Origin: Podarcis melisellensis
Lineage: Eukaryota
Reading direction: 5' to 3' (one strand)
Assembly (NCBI GenBank): GCA_964234715.1
Contig: OZ174277.1
Length of the DNA stretch: 64,000 nucleotides
Part shown: positions 26,773 through 39,390 of the stretch, piece after piece
Layout of the letters: every line of letters begins with the position of its first letter
Numbering within the stretch: the first letter of the stretch is position 1
Notes under the pieces: model-generated
The model's input: the letters and a program-made list of their open reading frames with translations, nothing else
Told to the model about the DNA's origin: nothing
The model's database searches: none
Translations under genes and position numbers: made by a program

Positions 26773-27672
26773 TCTGTGAAAGGATTCTGTGGAACTGTAA
26801 CAACCCTTCATGTGGATTATTTGACTCTTTGAACAGACAGGTAGATACTTTTACATGTATGGACCTTATGCATGAACTGCTTTTTTTGTTGAACTTTATG
26901 AGACTTCTGTTGAAATCTACAATTTGATACAATGAATAGTATACCTTATTTATTCAAAAGTACAGCCAGTTACTTCTAATATCTATGACAGCTAGAATGA
27001 ATATGGTACCTGAAAACTGAATATGGTACTTTTCTTGTATCACTAGAAAAAGCGGTCTCTCTCTCTCTCTCTCTTCCTCTCTCTCTCCCTCTCTCTTTGT
27101 GTTTCTCTGTGCTGGGTTTCTGAAAATGGCACACAAGCGCAACCTGCTGGGTTTTCATGGTACTACAAGGACTTGTTAGAGTATATTTTCCTTTTTGTTC
27201 CTGTTTTGTATGATGGATGCATTTATTTGATCAACTGAAGATGCCTTGACCAGAGGGCAGAATATAATTTACTTATATTTGCATAAGTAATGGGTTTCGC
27301 CTATCCATGTCACACTGAAGCAAAGAGATGCAGCTGTTTCCTAGCTCTTTGTAAGCACTTGGACTAAAAGCTTTATTGAACTGTGCTGCTATGTGCTTAG
27401 AGGCAGAGACCCAACACAATGCAGAGCCCTTGGAGTCATGGTTCAGTTCCAGCCATGACTTGCCATGCCTTAGGCATAATTTCTCACATACAAACAACCC
27501 TTGTTAAAAATAAATTTCACATAAAGGTGCTGGATTTCTTTACTGGATGAGTGCTATGGCTGGTGTTTGTTTTGCACTAATTCATAAAGTAGCAAAGCAC
27601 CCATGAGAATGATGGGCTGGTTCTCTGACAGACTGCCCTGAGGAAGAGACCTCTCTCTTCCTCCTTTATTCT

Positions 27673-27983
27673 CACCACATATTTAAAGCGCTAGGATATC
27701 ACTTTAAACAGTCATGGCTTTTCCCAAAGAATTCTGGGACCTGCCATTTGTTAAGGGTGCTGGCAGTTGTTAGGAGACCCTATTCTACTCCCAGAGTTAC
27801 GGTACATTTCCCAGAGTTCCCTGGGAGGAAAGATTGCTAAACCACCCTGAGAATTGTAGTCCTGGAAGGGGAATCTGGGATCTTCTAACAACTCTCAGCA
27901 CCTTTAACAGAATTATTTTTCGGGGGAGGGGGAAGCCATGACTGTTTAAAGTGGTTTCATAGTGCTTTCAATGTATGATGTGA
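27673..27983. mobile_element. Palindromic non-autonomous DNA element (MITE)
   Basis: Long imperfect terminal inverted repeats: cactttaaacagtcatggctt / aagccatgactgtttaaagtg. Confidence 0.65.
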
Positions 27984-28502
27984 ATGTGCTCATTCTCTCT
28001 ACCCCCTGCCCCTCCCCAATTTAGAACCCAATTTCTATGATAGAAGGTCACTTCACCAGGAACATAGAAAACTGCCTTAGATCATTGGACCATCTAGCTC
28101 CGTATTGTCTACACACTGACTAGCAGGGCCTCTTCAGGGTTTAAGGCAGGGGACTCTCTTAGCCCTACATGGAGATGCTGAGGTTGAATCTGGGGCCTTC
28201 TGCATGCAAGGGAAGTGTACCGCCACAGTGCTATGACCCTGGCAATGTCAGCTGGACACAGAAATCTGAGGTGAACCCAGAACCAGAAGCTGTGGGAAAA
28301 GCCAATAGCCAGGCTTAAAGAGCAAATCTGAATCGGAGGACAAGTCAATAATGAAGGATACAGGAATATACCACAGCTCAAGAAGATCGTTGCTCAAGGA
28401 AGACTCAGCTGAATTGGGGACCCCTTTCTACTCCTTTCTGCCCAGGGGTTTCCACATGGCTAATCCTGTGGGAGTAAATCCGATGAACTCAACAGGGTTT
28501 AG

Positions 28503-28672
28503 CAAGAATCATAGTTGGATGGGATCCTGAAGGTCACCAGGTCCAACCCCCTGTATTTCAGGAATGTCAACCAAAGCATCCACAACAGATGGCCACCACC
28601 CAACCTCTGCTTTAAAACCTCCAATGAAGGAGAGTCCACCATCTCATGTGGGAGTCTGTTCCACTGCCAACT
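28503..28672 (-). mobile_element. CR1-type LINE 3' fragment
   Basis: agaatcatagttgga...ggtccaaccccctg...ctttaaaacctccaatgaaggagagtccacc, a typical CR1 3' end; related fragment near 25850-25970. Confidence 0.65.
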
Positions 28673-29134
28673 AGGGTGGGTGGAGTCATTCCAGGGCCGA
28701 GGGAGCTTTATAGAGAAAGTTGTCCAGTGCAGTTCAGTGTTTCACCACACAGGGAAGCTGCACACTGATTAAACACCTTCTGCTAAGCGATAGCACTTAT
28801 TTGAGGGAGCATGCCACGAACTACAAGTTGAGTGAGTTGGCTGGAGCTGGTGGGATGGCAGGTGGCCCCTGGATGGGTGAAAGGGGTTCCCCACCTTTGA
28901 GGAGCAGGTGCAAAAACAGGCCAAAACAAGTCAAAACTTTGACACTATTAGTCTCCAGCTTTTCCTGTTCTGGGACCCACCTTTAGCCCAAACATGCACT
29001 TGAGGACTAAGATCTCTTTCTTTTTAATCCACATATCTGTATGTGGTACTGATACTGCTCCTGAAACACCTTAGTTCAGCAGGGATGGGGAATCTGTAAT
29101 CTTGGCCAGCATGGTTAATGGCCTGGGATTTGGG

Positions 29135-30025
29135 GAGTAGTAATAGTAGTCGTCGTCGTCGTCGTCATGGTAGTTATTTGAGTTTATATCCTGCCCTAAA
29201 CCCGGGGGTCTCAGGGTTTCACAGAATAAAATCAAGATATAAAACCACAAAATGCCTAATAAAAATAAAAATAGCAACCCAATATCCCCCCAAACCACAT
29301 TTTTAAAGGGCATAGGACGTCAATCGGATCAACCAAAGGCATGGTTAAAAAGGAACGTTTTTGCCGGGTGCCTAAAGGTGTATAATGAAGGTGCCAGGCA
29401 AACTTCCCTGGGACGGGCATTCCACAGACAGTGATCCACAGCAGAGAAGGCCCGTCCTCGTGTTGCCACCCTCATGACCTCTCGAGGAGGCACTGGTGGA
29501 GGAAGAGGAGTGTGGGGGGAGTGCACCGCCCCGGCAGCATGATCCCGCTAGCCATCGCGGCTGCCCCCCTGCCTGTGCTGGGCACCACGCCCCCACAGGC
29601 AGCATGCCACACCCCCAGGATGCACACCAGACCTGCCCCTGCCTGCTCTCCACCCCCTGGTGCCAGAGCATGAAGCTCCGCCATTGTGAGGAGGCGGCAC
29701 ATTAAGAAGGGCCTTGGATGATGATCTCAAGGTCTGGGTATGTTCATATGGAAAGAGGCAGTCCTGAGCCAATTAAGGCTTTATAGGTCAAAACCAGCAC
29801 TTGGAATTGGGCCTGGAAACTAATTGTTAGCCAGTGCAGTCAGACCAGGATCGGCGTAATATGCTCAAACTGCCTTGCTCCGGTGAGCAGCCTGGCCGCT
29901 GAATTCTGCACCAGCTGAAGTTTCTGAACCAACTTCAGAGCCAGCCCTACGTATAACGCGTTGCAGTAATCTAACCTTGAGGTTACCAGAGCACAGACAA
30001 CAGTAGTTAGGCTATCCCTGTCCCA
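29135..30025 (-). mobile_element. L2 LINE 3' portion (ORF2 C-terminus)
   Basis: ORF peptides ALVTSRLDYCNALYVGL..LQLVQNSAARLLTG..HITPIL and GRAFSAV..LWN..P are diagnostic of L2/CR1-group ORF2. Confidence 0.88.
29491..29686. mobile_element. GC-rich hAT-type MITE nested in L2
   Basis: TIRs cactggtggagg / gctccgccattg; 8-bp TSD cgaggagg / tgaggagg. Confidence 0.75.
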
Positions 30026-30358
30026 CGACATCTAGAGGGACACACGTCCTTTTAACCTTGCAGTAGTGATCCCAGCCCACCAGTTGAAGACCAATCACTC
30101 ACACAGAGTGCTAAGCCAACTCTGGTTTCCTGCCTCAGTTTCTGGTGCATAGCAGGGCAGACTAAATTTGAAGAGGACAGTAATTCATACAGTGAATCTT
30201 TATCCTCATGGAAGTTGTAGTGACCCCTTTCTTCCCCCACCCCTCTTTCTGTTCAAACTCTCCCTTTTGTTCACTGTCCTATGACATTCTCTTCCTTTCC
30301 TCTGCTGAGTGTCTCAGGCAACCTGGTACTTCTCATAAGGTAGAAGTTTCACTTCCAT

Positions 30359-30670
30359 AAGGTAAAGGTAAAGGGACCCCTGACTGTTAGGTCCAGTCGC
30401 GGACGACTCTGGAGTTGCACGCTCATCTCGCTCTATAGGCCAAGGGAGCCGGGTCATGTGGCCAGCAAGACTAAGCTGCTTCTGGCGAACCAGAGCAGTG
30501 CATGGAAATGCCGTTTACCTTCCCACTGGAGCTGTACCTATTTATCTACATGCACTTGACGTGCTTTCGAACTGCTAGGTGGGCAGGAGCTGGGACCGAG
30601 CAATGGGAGCAGGGATTCGAACTGCCGACCTTCTGATCGGCAAGCCCTAGGCTCTGACCCCATCACTCCC
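30359..30670 (-). mobile_element. Sauria SINE (Squam1/POM-type), internally deleted
   Basis: (AAAGGT)n tail on +, body tcatgtggccagc...cctatttatcta...ttcgaactgctagg, tRNA-like head gattcgaac. Confidence 0.85.
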
Positions 30671-31084
30671 ATAAGATCAACACTAATTTTTTTAAAAAAA
30701 AAGAGGTTTCAGACCTACTGAGTTACTTTTCTAGTGCTGAGCTCAGCATGAAAGCTAATTTTGTTTAATAAGACCTATTCCTGTTCTTGTTGCAACTGCA
30801 ACCTAGCCTTGATTGCTAATTAAAATGCAGAATTTATTGAGCAATCTAACCTAATTATAGGAGATTATGTGTGTGTGGTTTTTGTAACGGTAACTGACTA
30901 TGAAAGCTGATTTGTGACAAAGATGTTTTCATAAGCGTTGTAGTTTCAGGGGGGTTTTTGTTTTTGTTTTTTTAAAAAGGACAATTCAAAACTGATGGGT
31001 ACATGAGTACCTTTAGATATTCCTCAATAATGTTTGTATCTTGGAATGCTGAATCTAAAAAGTATTGTAGTGAGTTGTATTGTC

Positions 31085-31090
31085 AATAAA
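31085..31090 (+). terminator. Candidate distal polyadenylation signal of IPCEF1 (AATAAA)
   Basis: AATAAA ending an AU/U-rich, repeat-free block (about 30720-31100) typical of a 3' UTR end; more proximal AATAAA at 24319 and 24879. Confidence 0.5.
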
Positions 31091-31705
31091 ATATTTTGAC
31101 ATGGGAGGCAGAAAATGATATGGAACCTTCCATCTATTATCTCCTAGAAAGTTCCAGTCAGAAGCCCCACTACAACGAATGGTTGTGCAATTCATTTCAG
31201 TGAGTCTCGCTGAGAAGAATTTTTCAATGGATTTGGCCCTTTAGGTCAATCTCTCAGTGTCACAGGAAATAATACCCCAAATTTACTGCTTGAAGATGCT
31301 TACATAACCTGCTTCATGGTCGGGTTGCTTCAGGTGACTAGGGCTATAATCCAATACCCTCTTACCTGAGAGTAAGCCCTACTGAACTCTGTTGGATTTA
31401 TTTCTGAATAGACATGCATAGGAGTCTTCTGTAAATACATTTGTGCTACTGACTGTACAACCCCAATGGACTGACCCAAGAGAGAGTGGAAGGGAGGATC
31501 TCTGACCCTGTTTGGCAGCTGGACTTGGGGTGGGGGCCGTGGAGAGATGGGCCCACACAAGCAGTGCTGTGTTTCCATGGAAAGCCACACAGCGATGGCT
31601 GATTTCCTGACCACCCACCCTCCCCTTCTGCTGCTTGTTTCCATCAGCTTCACCTGCTGTACACCACACATAAATGAAAAAAAAAACATTTGATTCAGAT
31701 TTTTC

Positions 31706-31711
31706 TTTATT
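31706..31711 (-). terminator. Candidate polyadenylation signal of OPRM1 (AATAAA on - strand)
   Basis: TTTATT on +, at the end of AT-rich UTR-like sequence about 4.2 kb downstream of the exon 4 stop. Confidence 0.5.
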
Positions 31712-32274
31712 AATGCATCGGGGGCAAAGAAGTCAGGTCACAATTTGTTGTAACACATTTACAATGAATATTCATGCCTTCTCAGAAAAGCACAGTTCAG
31801 CAGTGTTTGTTTATGCTTTGATACGAGGTCCCCCCTCCATCATCACTTTCAGCAAGATACGTTGAATAATGTACTGAAAACAGTTCCGATATTGCACACA
31901 AATGAATATTTCAAATTCTTGTGCTTGACTAACCCATGGAGGGAGGTTGTGATGCTCAGAGACATCGTTCTACTCCTGGCATAAAAGAAATAATGGTTTG
32001 ACATAACTGAGAGGATGTGGGAGAGCTACTGAATGCAGTAACCTCTGAGCTCTGCTTTAATTATGTTTTCTTCAAGAGGTTCATAATGGACATGGAGTAC
32101 TGGAGCGCTGAGGGTAGATCAGTAACATTAATTGTGTTGTTTAGACAAGTTGGCTGCTGGGGCTACTCTCGTGTTCGGTTTTTCATCTGATAACAAGTAA
32201 GATGCTTCCAGTAATAATGTAACATCCTTGCAAGAGCCATTGGGCTTTTCTTTAGAATCGAGGAGCCTTAAGAT

Positions 32275-32405
32275 CAGTCTTACCCAACATGGTGACCTCC
32301 AAATGTTGTTGGACTACAACTCCCAGTAGCCTCAGCCAGAATGAGTCAGTGATGATGGGAGTTGTACTCCAAAACATCTGGGGGACACCAGATATGGGGA
32401 AGCTG
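32275..32405. mobile_element. Short hAT-derived hairpin MITE in the probable OPRM1 3' UTR
   Basis: Inverted arms actacaactccca / tgggagttgtact; 8-bp TSD cttaagat/cttaagac; relatives near 8500, 12700 and 25730. Confidence 0.7.
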
Positions 32406-35014
32406 CTTAAGACAATGGCCAACTGCTGCCCAGAAAATAGTTGGGCTTGCAAACAACCTGGTCAGAGTTATATCTATGGTTTTCTAGGTTCACTCTCCAG
32501 GCCAAAGACTGGTGCTGCTTTGCATGTTTGTTTCCTGACTTTCTGGAGTAAAGAAAGTGCTCTGTCCCTTTTACTATTAGTACTGAAACTTGTCTTTTTC
32601 CACCTGTAGAGCCCTATCCCCTAACTGTAAGAAACTGGGCCTGGTTTGCGTTGTAGATGGTAGGACTCTTTCTTCCCATATATCAGGAATTGGCTTAACT
32701 AGGGTGAACCAGCTCACATCTGTGCAAGGAAAACTTTTACATGTTGATTCTCAAAAGCCAGATTTGAGGATGCAGATGCATACTGTGCTGGGTGCTTTAC
32801 AAACATACTTAAATTAGTTTTAATCCAGGGACTGACTTGCCTGGATTCTATCTGCGAGAGATTGCAGTGTTTCAGTAGCTCTAATTAGGAAGCCAAAACT
32901 GATGTGTAAAACAATTTACAGAGAGATCAGCAGCAGCCTGGTTCTCATCAGCTGTATACACAACTGGTTTGCTGTACAGTATTTGTTTGTTATTATCCTG
33001 CCTTTCCACCAGATGGTGCCCAGGCAGTCTCCTTGTTGCTGATGGCTGCCCTTTGCTCGCATACTTTGCTGTTAGGAATATAGGAATATAGGAACATATT
33101 TAGTCAGGCAATTGGTCCATCAAGTACAATATTGTCTACACTGCCTGGCAACAGCTCTCCGTGGTTTCAGGCAGGGACAGGTCTACCTGGAAATATCTGG
33201 GAGCTTCTGCATGCAATACTTTCCCACTAAGCTACAAACCTTCATGTTCTTTGATATTTTATGGAAGATCACATTTATTGATTTTTATTAATTTAGTGGG
33301 GGTAGCTGCTCCTCCCTGCCCCCCCCCCGCTATGCCCATGTGCATAGGTGACAGAAAACACTATAGAATTAACTGTTGCCTTGATGGGTGGGTTTTAGGC
33401 CAGTATATGTAAATGATGCATTATCTCAGAGTAAAAAAATAAAATAAAATTGGGAATCTCTAAGTTATTGACCTACTTCCTGTTGAAGACACTCGCGCCC
33501 CCATTTCTTTCTCCCTCCACCCTTCCTTAGATTTTACCACTCTTTTCTCTCTTTCTTCCTTTGAAGGTTGATTTGAGCCTAGTAGCTTTGATGGTTGGTT
33601 AGGTGGGTAACTTCTAAAAATGAAAGGTTGGGATGGTGTTCAGCTAAGTTTTAGTCTGAGTGTACCCACTGAAATTTCAGTGGGTTTACTCTGAGTAAAA
33701 CTCAATTCAACACCAGTAAGAGCCAGTGGTTGGGGGAATGATTTGGTGCAATGCATTATTTTGTGTCAAAATCGGGAAACAGTTAGTAACATCAACCTGC
33801 ATGATACATTTCAAAAAAACTGGTTCACCAAAGGCTGAAGCTAGCAAAAGCATGATTTCAAAAGATAATTGAGATGCAAGAGAAAAATAAGGCACTTTTT
33901 CATACATGTTTTTACATAATCATGTACACGTGGATACAAAAAGCTAAAGTAACTTGATCTCACTTTTAAAAGTAACTGAACTTCATCATCTCAGTCAAGA
34001 TGAAGAGTAGACTTCCTTTTTTACACACTAAGCAGATACCACTTCCACAACTGAGCAGAGCAGCAATGAAAATGCAGTGGCATAAATTTTTAAAAAGAAT
34101 CCATGGATATGATTTTTCTTTTTTAATGCACACAAATTCATCAAAGTGCTTTTTGCTTCCTGGGTAATTTTTGACCATTTAATTACAGCACACATTAAAC
34201 AGCAAGTAGAAAATGATATAGAACTACAAATTATCTAGACAATTATTACTGTTGCTTATTCTGGAGATTAGATTTTTTTTTCTTTTTACAGAGTATGCTT
34301 TTGTAAGCTGTGAATTATTTTTGCTGCTATCATATAACAGAGGAGCAGATGATGGCACTGGTAACAGAACAGAAAACCTTATATAATATGACTGCCCATC
34401 TTTTAATTTTAAACAAAATCTATAATTTCCTGCTACATAATTAGTAAATCAATTTTAAGTATATTAGAAATGCTCAACTACTTTACAGGTGTAGTTATTC
34501 ACACACACAAACAATTATTTTATTCACATGTAATAATATATGGATATAATTTATTTCCTAATCTATCACTGAATATACAAGTATTGACTATGGTATTTTA
34601 CAATATTTACAGCTGTCTTCTGTTTTTATACATACATTCAGCAACAACACAAAAGCTTTTCCACACTCCATCTGCTGCCTCACTCCATAATTTTGCACTT
34701 CAAATATTTGTAAATGTGTAAAGAAGGAGATTGTTTTTGCAAGTCAGCACAGAATATAGATGAAGAATCTTCTTTGGATGAAATCTTAGTGAAATGAAGG
34801 ACTTCAACAGATGAGGGTTACAACCTCCACTAACACTCAGAGGTAGCTTTGATCAGTCTTGCTACTGCAGCTAGCTTGAAAAGCATTTTTTTCTCACTGA
34901 GAATGATATGTTGGAAATAATTGTATGGGGGGGTGGGGAGAGAATCTGCACAACTAAACACATATAGATAAAAATGAACTATTTCAAGTCCTATGCAAAT
35001 GCATTGGATATATA

Positions 35015-35477
35015 CCTTATTTTTCTGTGTATAAGATGCCCCCTACTTTTGGGGACTCCAATTTAAGAAAATGGGGTGAGATGGCCCAGAGTTTTTTGGG
35101 GGAGGATTGCCAAAGTTGTTGAGCCACGAAAATCACTCACCCGATGCTGAAATATCACGCGTCACAGAAGAAAACAAGTGTCAGCCCACTCACCGCCAGC
35201 AGACACCAATTGCACGCCCAGTTGCCACAGCAGCAGCCAATCCACAGCAGCCCTTGTCGCAGCCACCAATCAACCACCCGATTGCCACAGCAAATCCTAA
35301 GCAGCCTTTGCAGCAGCTACTAATCACCCACCCGATCGCTGCTGACAAGTTCCTGCTCACAGCTGCAACCAATTGCCCGTCCTGCATATGCACTATCCGT
35401 GTATAAGACCCCCCCCCCCCGATTTCTAACATTTTTTTAGAGTAAAAAAACCTCGTCTTATACACGGAAAAGTACGG
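35015..35477. mobile_element. Tc1/mariner-pogo-type MITE in the OPRM1 3' UTR
   Basis: TIRs ccttatttttctgtgtataagatg / cgtcttatacacggaaaagtacgg; TA TSD. Confidence 0.82.
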
Positions 35478-35870
35478 TACTTCTGAGTGATAATCTCCAC
35501 TGGATTCCCTTTCCCCATACTTCTGATCCTTTTAGGGAGTGGAGTAGGGGGCAGATGGGATTACTCTGGCTTTGAGTCACTGCAGTTTGAGTCTGGTTTA
35601 AGGTAAGGCTGTCTAATCTCAGAATCATGTTTCTCAGTACCGTAGATGATGAGTGCAAAGTTCCCATTTGGTCAGAATCTCTTTTGAAGTTATTTGTGCA
35701 ATGGGATTTTGCTACTGGAGCAAATCGTTCTGATGGATACTATATGCAGGCACTTGCCTTGGGGCGGGGTGGGCAAGAGAGAGCACCAGTCTCCTCCATA
35801 TCCCCACCACACTTATAGCACAGCCACCCAGTGGCACTGGTTTGGGGTTGCTACACGGCAGGGGGCCCTG

Positions 35871-35909
35871 TCACGGCAGAGGTGCAGTTTCAGCTTCCAG
35901 AAGTTCCAA
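35871..35909 (-). CDS. OPRM1: OPRM1 exon 4 coding part (LELLEAETAPLP*)
   Basis: - strand: long pyrimidine tract ...ttcctttcag|TTG GAA CTT CTG GAA GCT GAA ACT GCA CCT CTG CCG TGA; mammalian MOR-1 ends LENLEAETAPLP. Not called in the ORF track. Confidence 0.95.
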   Translation of the reverse strand: MELLEAETAPLP

Positions 35910-38900
35910 CTGAAAGGAAAGAAATACAGTGAGAGAGAAAAGAAATGAGCTAATTTCTCCACCCTGCTGCTTGCAAATGATGCTGGGCGAATTTGCTCAG
36001 CATGAGCCATTCCTTTCTTAGGAGGCAAATCAGAGTGGAGTCATTTTGAGGAGGGAAGGAATACCCTTTCACATGACAACATGGAACAACAAAGTCTGAG
36101 GAACCCAGGCTGGTTCCAGTGTAAACCTTGATGCTTCATCTCTGCAATACATGCAATGTATCCGATACATCACTAATGTATTTTCTTAGAATAAGTAACC
36201 CAATCTGAGGCAATAGATGGCTTGGTAGGAGACCCAAGCTTCAAATTCCATTCACTCCCCTGGTAGTCATGGAGAAGCCATCATCTTGCAGCCTCAGTTA
36301 CTCCTGTGTAAATGGATGAGCTAAAAATTGCACAACAGTATATGAATTTAAAATACAGAACTGCAAGATGGAAAATAGAAGCAGTGGATATGGACACTTC
36401 TCCTGACTGGGGTAGGGCTGCTTCTCAGTGGTGAGGCATCAGCTTTGCATGCAGAAGGTCACAGGTTTAAGCCCTAACATCTCTAGGTAGCGCTGGGAGA
36501 GCCTTTTCTGATATATTGGAAAGTGGTGAGAGTCAGCATGGACAATATTCAGTTGGATGGACACAAGTGGCCTGACACATTCTAAGGCAGCATCATTCTA
36601 AGGCAGCACCTCCTTCAAAAGACTCTACTGCCTCATAGGCTTGGAACTGTCTCTCAGATCAGCTGGGTGATTCCATTTCTCTCTCTTACCTCAAAACCTT
36701 TCTAAAAGCCCATCTGGTTGGAACTGACCTATTATCCCAGAAAGGAGGTGGGCAGTTGCGAGATTAAAGGAGAAAATATCTGAAGGTGCACACAAAGAAA
36801 CATATTTGCTTTTCAGGTTTCAAGTTAATAACCACCAATAGAACCACAATGTTTACGAAGTTGTCAAAATGGATCTGCTTCTCAAATTCAAAGTGTGGAT
36901 CCCTTTTAAATGTTGGGATTCCCACCCCACTCCAACACACACTGTGCATCCCCCACTAGGGATGGAAGGAGCTCTCAGTTTTTGTTCTTAATTTCCAATC
37001 CTAAATTCAGTTCTCCACTTTTCTGCAGCAATTTGCAAGTTTTGTTTTTTAAAGTTTCAGTTCTCATATTGTTTCAGAAAGTGTGGATTTGTTTTTCAGT
37101 GTGAACTGAATCAAATTCTGCCACCATTCCTCCTTCTCACCCATGCAAACCTCCCCTCTCCTCAGTTGCCAACATTTCACACTCCATAAATTGTTTCTAA
37201 CATTATCTTTGCTTTCTCTAGCAACATGTCAACATGAGAGTGATTTGTGGGGAAAGTGCATTTGTAGATCCATTTGGACTTTGAAACTGAGATGGCAGTT
37301 CCCTTTGTGACAAGCTTTTGGTCAACTGTCCAGTGTCTGCCTTGTGGGTTCATGTTACCAAACTTGTAGTTGAGAACTTCAGAAGATTCTTAATAATGAA
37401 ATATTCTACCCAGAGGACTGGGGCATGTGGGCAGAGCTTCATCTTGATATCTTCACCGAATTGAACAAAGTTTCATTAACCTACACCAACTGAAGATTTG
37501 GACCTACACATCCCAGACTATATAGAATATAAAAATACAACACACACTATGTTACATAACATATCAAACACAGAGTACAATTGTTCCTTTGCTTCAATGG
37601 GTCCTTTGTAGACTGCATTAATAGATGTTCTCTTTTCTGTAGCCATTGATGAAAAACTATTGTTTGAAACCTGACCCTATTTTTGAATGTAATGTAGCAA
37701 CAATCCTATCCTCAGGCCACTAAAATCCAGTTGATTGCAGTAGTATTTAAGGATTTTTTGTTTATGACTGCAGACTCACATTGCTACTGCTTAGTAAAAA
37801 CACCCCCATCACTTTTAAGGTTTTATTTTTAAAGTTGGGAAAACAAACAAATTCAACAAAAATACGAGGTAGTTCTCATTTCCTCCTTCACCTGCTAGAG
37901 GGCTATGGAACAGTTTTGAAAATGAGTCATATAAATAAGAGGTATAGGAAGCTGAAAGGAAATGATACCGGAATGTCCCTACATACAGTCCTTTTAAATC
38001 TTGGAACATTCTGAAGAGCTGCAGTCCTATGGGCTTGTGTGCCATTCACAAGATTTAGCATGCATCTGTAGCTTTGGGAAGCAGTATGGTCTGTTTCAGA
38101 GCTGTTCTGTATCTTTCCAATTCAACTCATTAATTGAGACCATATTCCATCTGCTAACAATAAAGCTTCCCTGACCCCACTTTCACTATAATGGAGAATC
38201 TGAAAATAGTGATTCTTTTCTTTTCACAGAACTAGATGTAATTTGCAGGAATTGCAGCCCTGTCCCCAGATTGGATCACACCTGCCAAATTGTAGGTAGA
38301 TATATCCAGGGGGTTTGCATGCAGGGTACCTTTGAAATTTGACATTAAAAAAGAAAAAGAAAATCTGTTTCATTTTGTTCCAGAATTGGATAGAATTTGC
38401 AGGTATTATCATCTTCTCTGATGGGGTGCAGCCTGCACATTTCAGAATGATAGTGGCAGTGGTTCTCCCAAACACCTGAAACTAGCCTGCTGCCCTCAGG
38501 TGCAGTGAAGGACACTATCCCATTGTCAGTTTTGAAATCAGAACTGGCTGTCAGACCAGTCAGTTTCTGTACATGGAATTGGGGGTTGTTACCATCCCAC
38601 CACTTGCCTCAGATACTAAAATACCTTGGGCAAAATCTCCCGGCTAAAATAAATACTGGAAAGGATGCATATGTGGCATTTTTGGACTGCCGCAGTAGGA
38701 CACGGGCCTTGACCCTGAATCTCAGAACTACTTCAAATGAAGAATGCAAAGAGAAATGGAAAGCTGGAGAGCTGAATTAGAGTAGTGGGAGGACTCAGTT
38801 TAATTCCTTGTTCAGCCATGAAACTCATGGAGTCACCTTGGACTGGTTCCCTATCATGCCATCCAGCCAAACCTACCTCACTTGTTGTGGTGAGGATTAA

Positions 38901-39390
38901 ATTGCAGCAGGGAAGGGGAGAACCACACATACTCACCTGAACCCTGTGGTTATGAATGCTATAGATAAGAATGTAATTTTACAATATTGACAAGTGCCTA
39001 CAGGTCGCCATTTCAAGGCAAGGTTCAACAAACCACACAGGCAAAGTGGGAGGACTTCATAAATATTCCTAGATTTTTCATCTAAGTGGGTCTTTTCTTA
39101 GAACCAGGCACATAAATTCCTTTAATTTGCCAAATTTAGAGTACTTCCGTTAGACAAGGGCACTCAAAGTTCCTGTTGAAACATTAAGGCATTTAGGAGG
39201 CCTCCGTAAATTTACCATATTTCCACACCAATATTAGTAGTGTAGCCCCTTTCCCCACCCTCCAAGTCATCGAATTTCAGTTCAGCCACAATGCTCGTCT
39301 CAAGATAATGAAGTAATACTTGTAAATTATCTTGATATCTTTGCTTGCTACTTAGAGGTGGTAACTACACTTCAGGTAAATTCTGAGCAG

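Larger units (their letters stand above)
26229..26973 (+). mobile_element. Penelope-like retroelement relic with hammerhead motif, inverted ends and 17-bp TSD
   Basis: Direct repeat TTCTAATATCTATGACA at 26212-26228 and 26974-26990; 56-nt inverted repeat 26542-26597 / 26918-26973 (54/56); hammerhead core 26709-26772. Confidence 0.7.

Noticed and set aside
35107-35465. Repetitive Pro/Gln/Ala ORFs on both strands
   Set aside because: They lie inside a TIR-bounded MITE with short internal repeats; not a transposase or host gene.
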